A stretch of 64,000 nucleotides of DNA from Eledone cirrhosa (lineage: Eukaryota): contig OZ024745.1 of the NCBI GenBank assembly GCA_964016885.1, positions 49,662,001 to 49,726,000 on the forward strand. The letters are read 5' to 3'. Positions 28,976 through 40,700 of the stretch are shown piece by piece. Position numbers and translations under genes: made by a program. How positions within the stretch are numbered: position 1 is the first letter of the stretch; every line of letters begins with the position of its first letter. The notes beneath the pieces are model-generated. The model searched no databases. It was not told where the DNA came from and saw only the letters and a list, made by a program, of their open reading frames with translations.

Positions 28976-29120
28976 TTCATTATTTCTGAAGACGGCGTAT
29001 ATATGTGTTTGGTATGTATATTTAATCTTGATAATTTGTATAATTTTGTACATAGATCTGTTGAATATGCATACCAATTATAACACATATATATCCTAGA
29101 AACGATCGTTAAATAATGAA
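28976..29120 (+). ncRNA. Type I hammerhead ribozyme with very long stem II
   Basis: ttcattattt-CTGAAGA-(106-nt foldback)-GAAA-cgatcg-TT-aaataatgaa: perfect 10-bp stem I, palindromic stem III. Confidence 0.8.
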
Positions 29121-29180
29121 CTTTTTTTGTTTAATATAAGGAATTGTTTATTCATTATTTGTTTAATATTTTATATATAT

Positions 29181-29217
<37 letters not shown>

Positions 29218-29381
29218 CATATATATATATATATATATATATCATATATATATATATATATATATCATATATATATATATATATCATATATATATATATA
29301 TATATATCATATATATATATATATATATAATATATATATATATATATAATATATATATATAGATATATAATATATATATAT

Positions 29382-29415
<34 letters not shown>

Positions 29416-29416
29416 A

Positions 29417-29551
<135 letters not shown>

Positions 29552-29814
29552 CATATATATATATAAATAGATATAAATATAAATATATATAATATATTGC
29601 TCTACGGTTCTTATATATTCGATATATATTTATCCTTATCGAGCCCTCTTTGGAATTTAGTCTTCAATTTTATTATTATTACTATATATATAATATATAT
29701 ATATATATAATATATATAATATATATATATATATAATATATATATATATATAATATATCTATATATATAATATATCTATATAATATATATATATATATAA
29801 TATATATATATATC

Positions 29815-30320
29815 ATCATCATCATCATCATCAACGTTTAACGTCCGTGTTCCACGCTTGCATGGGTTTGGACGGGGGTTTTCCCACTTGAGGCAAGAGT
29901 GATTATCTTGCTCGCATAGGACTATCTGGCGGGTTTTCTACAGCTGGATGCCCTTCCTAACACCAACCACATTTACAGTGTGGGGCTGGGAGGTTTTTAC
30001 CGTGTTGCCTACACGGCCACATTACAGCGTGAACTGTGTGTTTTTTTTACATGACACCTACACGATCTCATTTGTTTCGGCCTGGATGTTGTGGCACCAA
30101 CATAACTTTACATTGAAAGGGGCGGTGTGGATGGGGTGGGGGTGGTGGGACGGGGTGTATTTTGTCAGAGATGCCCACTGACTGTAGTAGGTTTTACTTT
30201 GTATTTAGGTAAGGCGGGTCTTCTCTATTACTGAGTACCGCCAAAGGTCTCGGTCCAGTGACATTGTCTTGGTGAGGTGTAAGTGCGCGAGGTCGGAATT
30301 TATCAGCTCGTCCCAGGTTT
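29815..30320 (-). mobile_element. RTE LINE 3' end (3'UTR and end of ORF2)
   Basis: (CAT)n tail; homologous to 33220-33730 and 60560-61046. Confidence 0.85.
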
Positions 30321-30485
30321 ATAATATATATATATATATATAATATATATATATATATAATATATATATAATAAATATATATATATATAATATATATTTA
30401 TATTATATATATATATATATATAATATATATATATATATAATATATATATAATATATATATATATATAATATATATAAATATATA

Positions 30486-30528
<43 letters not shown>

Positions 30529-31222
30529 TAATATATATATATATATAATATATATATATATATATAATATATCTATATATATAATATATATATATAATAT
30601 TTATATATATATAATATATATATATAATATATATATATAATATATATATATATAATATATATATATATATAATATATATAATAAATATATATATATATAA
30701 TATATATATATATATAATATATATATAATATATATAATAAATATATATATATATAATATATATATAATATATATATAATATATATATATAATAAATATAT
30801 ATATATAATATATATATATATATATAATATATATATAATATATATATAATATATATATATAATAAATACGTGGGAAAGTAAAAAATCGGAGAATAGACCG
30901 TTAAAACATGTTTATTTAAAATATCACCTATGTACGTTTCGCCCAGTTGGGCTTCTCAAGGGCATAAATAATCACAAGTGTTCCTTATATTGCTCGGAAA
31001 TAACTATATGTATCACCTATCCCCCCTTTTTTTCTCTTTCTCGATACGTAAATACTATATATAATAAATATATATACATAATATATATATATATATAATA
31101 TATATATAATATATATATAATATATATATATATAACATATATATATAATATATATATATATATAATATATATATAATATATATATATATATGATATATAT
31201 ATATATATAATATATAATATAT

Positions 31223-31269
<47 letters not shown>

Positions 31270-31282
31270 TAATATATATATA

Positions 31283-33133
31283 TGTGTCCGGGATGATGCC
31301 GGTGTACTTAGTGTCACGAATGATCAGAAAAAGGAGGCCTGGAAATGTCATTATGAGAGACTGATGAATGTGGAGAACGAATGGGAGAGAGAGAAATTAC
31401 CCTTAGTAGATCCGACAGAGGGACCAGCTATTGAGATTGACGAATATAGGGTCCAAGAGGCGATTAGGGAAATGAAAAATGGTAAGGCTGCTGAACCATC
31501 GGGAATAGTTGCTGAGATGCTGAGGGCATCAGGGGACATCGGCACTAAACTGGTTGCACGCATCATCAATCAGGCTATATATGGTGGTGTCATACCCAAA
31601 GACTGGTGCAGCAGTATTCTCATAAATTGCTACAAAGGTAAAGGGGATGTTTTAGAGAGGAGCAATTATCGGGGTATAAAACTGATAGATCAGGTTATGA
31701 AAGTGGCAGAAAGGATTTTAGCACAACTAATTAGAGAAAGGGTCAAACTAGATGAGATGCAATTTGGTTTTGTGCCTGGGAAGAGTACAACAGATGCCCT
31801 CTTCTTGGTGAGACAATTGCAAGAGAGGTTCTTAGAGAAAAATAAGCCACTATACTTAGCTTTTGTTGACCTAGAGAAGGCCTTTGATAGGGTACCCCGA
31901 TCTGTCATCTGGTAGTCCCTAAGGAAGCTAGGTGTTGAGGAATGGCTTGTGAGGACAGTGCAAACTTTGTACAAAGGTACTCTCAGTAAAGTCAGGGTAG
32001 GAATGGAGTTTAGTGAGGAATTCCAGATACAAGTAGGAGTACATCAAGGTTCGGTCCTCAGCCCGCTCTTGTTCATTATAGTCCTCCAAGCCATAACAGA
32101 GGAGTTTAAGACTGGCTGTCCATGGGAACTTCTCTATGCTGACGATCTGGTTCTTATAGCAGAATCAGTAGAGGAACTAGAGAATAAAAACTGGCTATGG
32201 AAACAGCAGTTGGAAGCAAGAGGACTGAGAGTGAACCTAGCTAAGACAAAAGTGTTGATGAGTAGAAAAGAGGACAAAACCCTGATTCCATCAGGGAAAT
32301 GGCCATGTTCGATATGCAGAAAAGGAACTGGCATAAATTCTATAAAATGCACTCAATGCAGATCCTGGGTACACAAGAGATGTAGTGGGATAGCAGGCAA
32401 ACTAACAGGTAGGGGGAAATATGTATGCAGTAGATGTACAGGGAAATTAGACAGTAGAAGTCGCATTGATAGACACATTTTTCAGATGCAGGAGGGCGCT
32501 ATAGAAGTGGTGGATAGCTTCCGGTACCTAGTAGATCAGATTAGTATGGGAGGAGGGTGTTCCGAGGCCATAGTATCTAGAATAAGGACGGGTTGGAAGA
32601 AGTTTAGGAAGCTGCTTCCTCTGTTGACGAAGAAGGGTTTCTCCCTGCGTACGAAAGGCCGGTTGTATGATGCCTGTGTGAGGAGCGCGATGCTGCATGG
32701 TAGTGAGACATGGGCAGCAACTGCAGAGGATATGCGACGGCTGGAGAGAAATGAGGCAAGCATGCTCCGTTGGATGTGCAGTGTAAATGTGCGTGAACGA
32801 CCCAGCATAAATGTGTTGAGACAGAAACTGTGTCTGAGAGGGATAGAATGTAGTGTACGGGAGAGGAGACTGAGGTGGTATGGACATGTGATGCGCATGG
32901 AGGATGACCGATGGGTGAAGAAGTGCCAGGAAATGCCAGTTGAAGGAAGACGTGGTAGAGGTAGACCACGAAAAACATGGGCAGAGGTGGTGAGAACAGA
33001 CCTCAGATCATTGAAGCTCACGGTGGAGATGACGAAGGACCGTGACGAGTGGAGAGATGCTGTGATGAATAAGACCCGTCCCACCCTTGCAAGCAGGGAA
33101 AAGCGGACGTAAAATGATGATGATGATGATGAT
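31283..33133 (+). mobile_element. RTE-clade LINE, second subfamily, 5'-truncated, one in-frame TAG at 31913-31915
   Basis: CVRDDAG..EAWKCHYERLMNVENEW, NYRGIKL, DLEKAFDRVPR, LLYADD, Cys-rich insert, LRWYGHV; the ORF runs directly into a (GAT)n tail. Confidence 0.92.
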
Positions 33134-33219
33134 ATTATGTATATATATATATACAATATATATATAATGTATATATATATATATATATATATACAATATA
33201 TATATATATTATGTATATA

Positions 33220-34190
33220 CATCATCATCATCATCGTTTAACGTCCATTTTCCACGCTAGCATGGGTCTGGACGGGAATTGTCCCACTTGAGGCAAGATT
33301 GGTTGTCTTGCTCAGGATTGTCTGGTGGGTTTTCTACGGCTGGATGCCCTTCCTAACACCAACCACGTTTACAGTGTGGACAGGGAGGTTTTTACCGTGT
33401 TACCTACACGGCCACATTACAGCGTTGACTGTGTTTTTTGTTGTGACACCTACACGACCTCATTTGTTTTGGACTAGATGTTATGGTACCAACATAACTT
33501 CACATTTAAGGGGGTGGTGTGGATGGGGTGGGGGTAGTGGGACGGGGGGGGGGGGGGGGGGGGGTGTATTTTGTTAGGTGCCTACTGACTGTAGGTTTCG
33601 CTTTGTACTTAGGCAAGGCGGGTCTTCTGTATAACTGTGTAGCGCCAAAGATCTCGGTCCAGTGACATTGTCTTGGAGAGGTGTAAGTGTGTGAGGTCGG
33701 AATTTATCAAGTCGTCCCAGGTTTTTCTGGGTCTGCCTACTCCGTGGCTACCGTCTATTTTTATCGCCCTGCACTTTTTTTACAACTGTCGTCTTTCATG
33801 CACATCACGTGACCGTACCAACATCTGATCCCTCTTATTTCTAATTTCTCCCTTAGTTCGTTTATGCTTTGCCGCTCACCTATATTACTATTACACATCC
33901 AGCGGAGCATGCAAGCTTCGTTTCTCTCCAGTCTGCGTATATCCTCTGCACACAATGCCCAGGTCTCACTGCCATGTAACATTGCTGTTCGTATGCATGC
34001 ATCATACAGCCTGCCTTTCATTTTTAGAGAGAACCCTTTAGCGGCCAATAGCGGTATAAGCTACTCTGAACTTTTTCCATCCCGTTCTGACTCTAGCTAC
34101 TGTACTTTCAGAGCACCCTCCCCCACTGCTGATTTTGTCACCCAGGTAACGGAAGCTGTCCACTATTTCTATAGAACCATCTGTGCAATG
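33220..34190 (-). mobile_element. RTE LINE 3' fragment, tail-to-tail with the previous copy
   Basis: KGFSLKMKGRLYDACIRTAMLHGSETW; internal deletion; (CAT)n tail. Confidence 0.88.
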
Positions 34191-34287
34191 GAATGAGCTA
34201 GTAATACAATATATATATATATATTATGTATATATATATATATATATATACAGATGTGAGAAAAACCACAGACCCTCCATCTCAACT

Positions 34288-34328
34288 CTATTTTTGAAAA
34301 GCAGAAGAACTGCGAAACCGGTAAAGGA
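34288..34328 (+). ncRNA. Hammerhead variant with U3-A8 core (UUGAAAA)
   Basis: ttt-TTGAAAA-gcag-aagaa-ctgc-GAAA-ccgg-TA-aag. Confidence 0.55.
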
Positions 34329-34854
34329 ACCAAATAAATATATATATTTTTTTTTAAATAAGACTCGTTGCATTTTCTATTTCATCTTTTTTCCTTATAC
34401 TTTAACTCGCGTAGGACACATGGGTTATTTTTCATTTTGTAAAAAAAAACCTCACTTTTTAATATATATATATACATATATATATATTTGTTGTAGGGAA
34501 ACTCAAAGGGACAGAATAAACTCAGACGGAAGATTTGCTTCGAAATCGCTAGACGTATCTGAGGAACTTGCGAATCCAGAGCCCGGTTCGATCCACAAAC
34601 AAATCGCACCTCGAGCTGTTTGCCGGAGAAACAATTGTAAAATGTTAATAAATTGTGTTTCGATGCATCACTGATTCTTTGTTTTCTATAATATATATAT
34701 ACACTCGTCCCAACCTTGCAAGCAGGGAAAAGCGGACGTAAAATGATGATGATGATGATGATGATGATAATCATCATCATCATCATTGTTTAACATCTAA
34801 ATAAATATATATAGAGAGAGAGAATAGGATTGGCTGTGTAGTTGCTAGTTAAGG

Positions 34855-35056
34855 TAGGCTTAAAAATAAGAATAAGAAAGCAAGAACGAGGAAGAGGGGT
34901 CCTCATCTGTTGTTTGCTGGTTGTCTCGGATATTTGAACACAAAGACAAATATATTTAATGCGTTGATATATCTGAGATCCCCAGCAGACAACTGATGAG
35001 GAAAACTCCCCCCCCCCCCCCCTTCTTGCTTTCTTCTTATTCTTATTTTTAAGCCT
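34855..35056. repeat. Imperfect foldback (~200 bp)
   Basis: TAGGCTTAAAAATAAGAATAAGAA...TTCTTATTCTTATTTTTAAGCCTA; inner arms CCTCATCTGTTGTTTGCTGG / CCAGCAGACAACTGATGAGG. Confidence 0.8.
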
Positions 35057-35985
35057 ATATATATATATATATATAAATATATTATCTATAAATAAATATA
35101 TATATATTATGTATATATATGTATGTGTGTGTGTACTGCAGCTCTCTTAATCCTAGCCAGTTTCTGATTCACATTAAATAAATAAATAAAATTAATAAAA
35201 TTAAATTAAAATTAAATTAAAATAAAAAGTCAAAGACAGCACAATGATGTAATAGAAGCAATGGATTCAAAATATACAAATTCAATAGATAACAACAGAA
35301 TGGTATCTATTTTAGGCACAGGGCCAGAAGTTTGAAAGTATGGTCGGGTCAATTTGTACTTTATTTCATCAAACCCAGAAGGATGAAAATGAAGGATTCG
35401 GAATAGATGCTGCAATACATTTTGTCCTATGATCTAACAATTTTTGTCAATTGACCATCCTGGGAGATAATAATAAAATGACATCATTAAAAAGGACCCC
35501 AATAGAAGACAAACAATCTAGGGCAGTGACTCCCATATTTATTTTGTCACAGAACCCTTATACTATTTCCCCCTAAATCACAAAAACCAAAGGATAAACC
35601 CATGTAACCCAAATTTTAATAATACATTAAATGTAACAAAAATTGTTTTTGATAGAATAATCTTTTTATTTTTGAAAAATATTAAAAGTCATCTTATATG
35701 GTAAAACCTCAGAATTCTTTTTTTAGAACAATGGGTTTCCTAAAACACTCTTTAGGAAACACCAACCAAGGTTATATACTGTGGAGGCAACAGTAATTGC
35801 CAGTTTACATTAGTCCACCATAGGCTGAATGATAATTAATCCTTTATGGATTGATTTTTGTAGTAGAAAATATATTATTGAGAGAGAAAGAAAGAAGGAA
35901 GGAGTCCGATTTCAAATTGAAAATGCATAAAGAAATTGAACATTTCATACTTAATGATATAAAGAATTGTTCTACCGTGTAAAGG

Positions 35986-37149
35986 TTAATGCAGAATACA
36001 GGTGTTTTTCTTAAAGCAACCAGAGAATAGGAAGAAGAGGATTATATATATAGAAGCATCCTTTACAGAAATATCATTAAAGTACAGCATCTTTTTGACA
36101 CAGAATTCATTCTTGTGGAGCAAAACAAATTCCTTAAAAGGTTCAAACATTTTTAAAATATCCAGATTTTTAGAGTAATCACAACTTGAAGATGATAAAT
36201 CCTCAAATATATACGTGAAGACTAGAAAGATAGAGACTTCAAGACGTTGGGAGGGATTTTCAAAAATCTTCTTAAATACGTCTGCTTCTTTGTCAAAGTT
36301 TTTGAATATGAAATTTTCAAATTTGGATTTATCAAAATAACTTCGAGCGAATTTCCACAAAAATCTTTCATTTATGTAATATTTTACATCAGAAACAGGA
36401 TTAAATATTACCCACTTTAAAGGAAGGACCATCAACGGCTCGTATTGGTATTTAGCACCCGATGGCAAATATTTGAAGGCAAACTCAACTGGGGCATGTT
36501 TTAATAATTCTAATGACATATCGTTTAAATCTTTCTTAGTAAGATCAATAAATACTTCTTTATCATATTCTTGAAGAGAACAAAAATTTCCTAGGTAGTC
36601 GAAAAATCGTTCAGGAATTACTTTCTCTTGACAACTGAATATTCTCAGCTGTTTTTCTGTTTTACCCTCTTTAAACTTCTTTTCGATCTTATCCAATTCG
36701 GCATATTTGTCGTGAGTGTTTTCTGACCAACATAGAAAATCTTCATTAATTTTTTTTATAATAAAATTCTTTCCAATATAGCAAAACACTTTTACTAAGT
36801 CATGGACAGTTTTTTCATCGCCTCTATGATACATAATAATATAGTTTGTCAACAAAATTTCCCCTAATCTATTTATAGGTACGTTATCTTCAGATAGTAA
36901 GCTCTTAACGACTTTCCAAGAGAAATTTGTACAGGTCGCAAAATTGATGATATCATAGGAATTTTTAAAGATATTTGAAAGACTTTTTAGGCGGCATTTA
37001 CTAAAGAATCCAGCATATTTCACACACGCAGCATTTACTTTATGGTAACTCCAAAAATTGTCACTCATTTTCACCAAAGATTCGGGATGGATTTTCCAAA
37101 ACGTATTACGAAAATGCTCCATGGAAACGATAGGCTTTTCTTGAGTCAT
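35986..37149 (-). CDS. Orphan 387-aa protein, single coding exon, probable 5'-UTR intron 37303-37150
   Basis: 1164-nt open frame in very AT-rich non-repeat DNA; acceptor TTTATAG directly before ATG; donor ACG|GTAAGG at 37304/37303; AATAAA on minus at 35665-35670; no recognisable family. Confidence 0.7.
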   Translation of the reverse strand: MTQEKPIVSMEHFRNTFWKIHPESLVKMSDNFWSYHKVNAACVKYAGFFSKCRLKSLSNIFKNSYDIINFATCTNFSWKVVKSLLSEDNVPINRLGEILLTNYIIMYHRGDEKTVHDLVKVFCYIGKNFIIKKINEDFLCWSENTHDKYAELDKIEKKFKEGKTEKQLRIFSCQEKVIPERFFDYLGNFCSLQEYDKEVFIDLTKKDLNDMSLELLKHAPVEFAFKYLPSGAKYQYEPLMVLPLKWVIFNPVSDVKYYINERFLWKFARSYFDKSKFENFIFKNFDKEADVFKKIFENPSQRLEVSIFLVFTYIFEDLSSSSCDYSKNLDILKMFEPFKEFVLLHKNEFCVKKMLYFNDISVKDASIYIILFFLFSGCFKKNTCILH

Positions 37150-37764
37150 CTATAAAGACATTAATAGTGATAAATACTAATCAAATTACGACGTAGTTTT
37201 GTTAGGGTTAAAATTTTGTGAGGGCAAAAACGTTAGACTATGATGGATTAATGTAAACTTCACAAAAATTAAAACAGCAAGAAAGACTTGTTATTTTCCT
37301 TACCGTATTATCTTTTTATGCAACTAAATTATTCCAAACTGACTGATAGTCCTGCAATGCAGTATTTGCGTCAGAAGGTTGAGCAGTTTCAACAGTTATG
37401 CGATTAAAGAACAGTATGTTGTTACAAATTATCTCCCTTTAGCTGGAAATGACACGGGGAAAACTATTTACACATTGACACTCCCGTGCATACAATATCA
37501 CAACGTATATAGAAATGAATACAAAAATAACCAGGATTTGATTTAATCCTGTTATTTTTTTTATATATATATATTTTTATATATATATATATTCAATATT
37601 ATTGGTCCGGGCTAAATTGTTTACACCCGCACATAATCCTGAACTTACCACTAACAACTAAATGTGTACGCTCTAAATCATGGACTGGCGCTTCGGAAGT
37701 GCAAGTTCCATGAATTAGTGGGAAAGTTCAACGTACTAGCACAAACTCAGTTTGTCTAGTTTAA

Positions 37765-40700
37765 ATGATAATAATGAAATTATTGTGTACAGTGCTCAGG
37801 TGCACTACAACTGATCAAAGGTGCATGTATAGTACATAGAATAATGTACAAATGTCAGGAAAATGAACAGTGTACGAGTCATGATATAATAACAATAACA
37901 ATAATGAAATATTGTGTACAGTGCCTAGGTGCACCACAACTCATCAAAGAAGTGCATGTACAGTACATAGGGCAATGCACAAACATCAGTAAAATGAACA
38001 GTGCACGAGTCATGATACACACATGTGTGCATGTGCATGGAAGGGGTACATCAGGTGTAGTTTTGGCGTATTTCGGGAAGCATGAGTGTCTTAAAGGATG
38101 CAGTGTCTCGGCAGCTAACAATTGACGCAGGCAGTTTGTTCCATGCTTCAGCAACTCTGAGCGTGAAAAAATGTCTACGAAAGTCATGGGAGCTGTGCTG
38201 TTTTCTGATCTTGTAGGCATGTCCACGTGTGTTAGACACATGGAGATGAAAGAGGCGCTCAGGGTTGCAATTGGCGAGATGGTTAAAAACTTTGTGGGTA
38301 TTCACCAAGTCCATTGCCAGACGTCGGAGCTTCAATGAATCCATGCCCAGGGAAGCAAGGCGTTCAGAGTATGGTAGGTGTCTGATGGAGGGTATGCGCT
38401 TGGTTGCACGTCTCTGAACAGTTTCCAGGAGGTCAATGTTCTGAGCAAGATAGGGGTTCCAGACTGATGATGCGAATTCCAAGTGTGGTCGTACCATAGC
38501 TGTATACAGTTTTAAATAGATGGCTGGAGAGCGGCTAACAAAGGTCTTGCTGAGTGATGCCAAGACACCCTCGGCCTTCTTGACAATCTTAGAGACATGC
38601 TTTGTCCAACGCAAATCGTTGCTGACAGTAATGCCCAGGTCACGTTCACAAGAGGACTTTTTGATATCAGTGTTGTGGAGGGAGTATGTGGACACTGGAT
38701 TTTTCCTTCCAAAATGCATGGTGGTACACTTGTCCACAGCCAGCTTCAGTTGCCAGTCTGTGATCCATTGCTGCATTGTGTCCAGGTCTGATTGTAGGAA
38801 AGAGTTGTAAATTTCAGGATCAGTCCTTTTGATTTCAAGGTACAGCTTGATGTCATCTGCATATTTTAGTACCATGGCATTCTATAAGTTGGCATCTATG
38901 TCGTTAATATATGCCACAAACAAAAGAGGACCAAGAACAGATCCCTGTGGTACACCAGATGACATCTCATATGGTGAAGAATGCTGTCCTAGAACCGTGA
39001 CTACTTCTTTTCGGCTGAGAATGAAGGATTTCAACCAGTCGAAAAGATCATCCCTCACACCCATTGCAGAGAGTTTTGCCATAAGTCTTTTGTGTGGCAC
39101 AGAATTAAAAGCCTTAGCAAAGTCAAGGTAAACAACATCCACCCATGAGCCGCTGTCAGTGATCCGGGTGATGTCCTCAAGGAACTCGATAAGCTGATCA
39201 CAGCAGCTGGAGTTAGGGATAAATCCAAACTGTGAGGGCCGGATTAGGCTGTGAGAGCTCCAGAAGTTCCAAAGTGTTTCTCTGACACAGGATTCCATCA
39301 GTTTGGCCATACAGCTAGTAAGACTGACTGGACGATAGTTGACAGGTGACATGCGGTTGTCCTTTTTGAACAGGGGAATGACACTGGCAGTTTTCCACTG
39401 CTCCGGAGTAGCACCATTGTTGAGACAGTATTGAAAGAAGAAAGAAAGCTGGCGCAAAAGGAAATACCCGCCACGTTTGAGAAGCAGGTATGTCACACCA
39501 TCAAGACCAGGGGAGGCATAGTTGCGCTTATTCTTAAGGTGACGTCGCAACATTGCAGGTGTAAATTCCATAGTTGTTATGGAATTTGATGTTAGAGATG
39601 GTGGAGATGGTACATTCTGGTTTTCAACAGTAAAAATACTTGCATAGCACTCAGCAATGAGTTCTGCGCATTCCTTGGGATCGTCAGTGATCTGGCTTGT
39701 GTGGGGATTGCGAAGAGGACCAACTGGAGAGTGAGGTCTCTGCTTTGAATGAACATATTTCCAGAACACCTTACTGTCAGGATTGGTTGCGATGCACTGT
39801 TCAAATTCAAGCACTGCCTTCTTTGTCACTTGCTTGAGATGGTTAGAAGATTTATTCCGCTTTTTTCTGTTGGCATCTGATCTATGCAGTTTATATTCCC
39901 GTTCAGCGTTCCGACGTTCTTTCCTGGCAAGTCGAACCGCTGAAGTTTCCCAGATTGCACTTTTGGGGTGGTTATTTTTCCGCTTCCGTGGCACTGATGC
40001 TGCACATGCTATCCATATTGTGTCCAGGATGCTCTGGAGTATAGAGTTCACATCTCCAGAGTTATACATCTCATGCCAGTTTGGGCGCTGTAGCTCAGTG
40101 CAGTACAAGTTCCAATCCGCCCTCTTCCAATCAAAGCAAGCAGATTGGAGATGGCTCTGGTTTTTGTTGCTGCCCTCAAGTGCCAGATTGGCAATGGTCA
40201 TAGCATGATCAGAGTCGCCTAGAGGTTCCTCAGTAGTACAACTGATAACCACTTCAGGAGTAGTGGTGAAGATCAGGTCCAAAGTGTTGTCACCTCTTGT
40301 TGGAGAGGTGACTACTTGTGACCAGTTTGAGTCCAGCACTAGTTCAAGGAAATCGTTTGCACCTTGTGGCCAACGAAAGGTTTCCCAATCGATCTCTGGA
40401 TGATTGAAGTCACCTGCAATAAACACATAAGTGGCTGTTTTCTTGGCAGCAACTCTGAGGATATCGCAAAGCTGTGTGTCCTGATGGTAGTTTGGGGGGC
40501 GATAAACAACACCAAGCAGAAGTGTTGACATGGTCATACGTATGTCACAGAAAAAAACTTCTTCCTGTGATTCGTTCAAATCAACGCAAGGAATTACCGA
40601 AAAGTTTGAACGAACGTAAACCATCACATCACCACCACGGCGGTTAATGCGGTCCTTGCGGAAAAGGTTGTACCCAGTAATGCTGAAAACCCCATCACAG

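Noticed and set aside
34990-35010. CTGATGAG-GAAA hammerhead-like core in the foldback
   Set aside because: No stem II or cleavage triplet with matching stem I; at most a truncated relic
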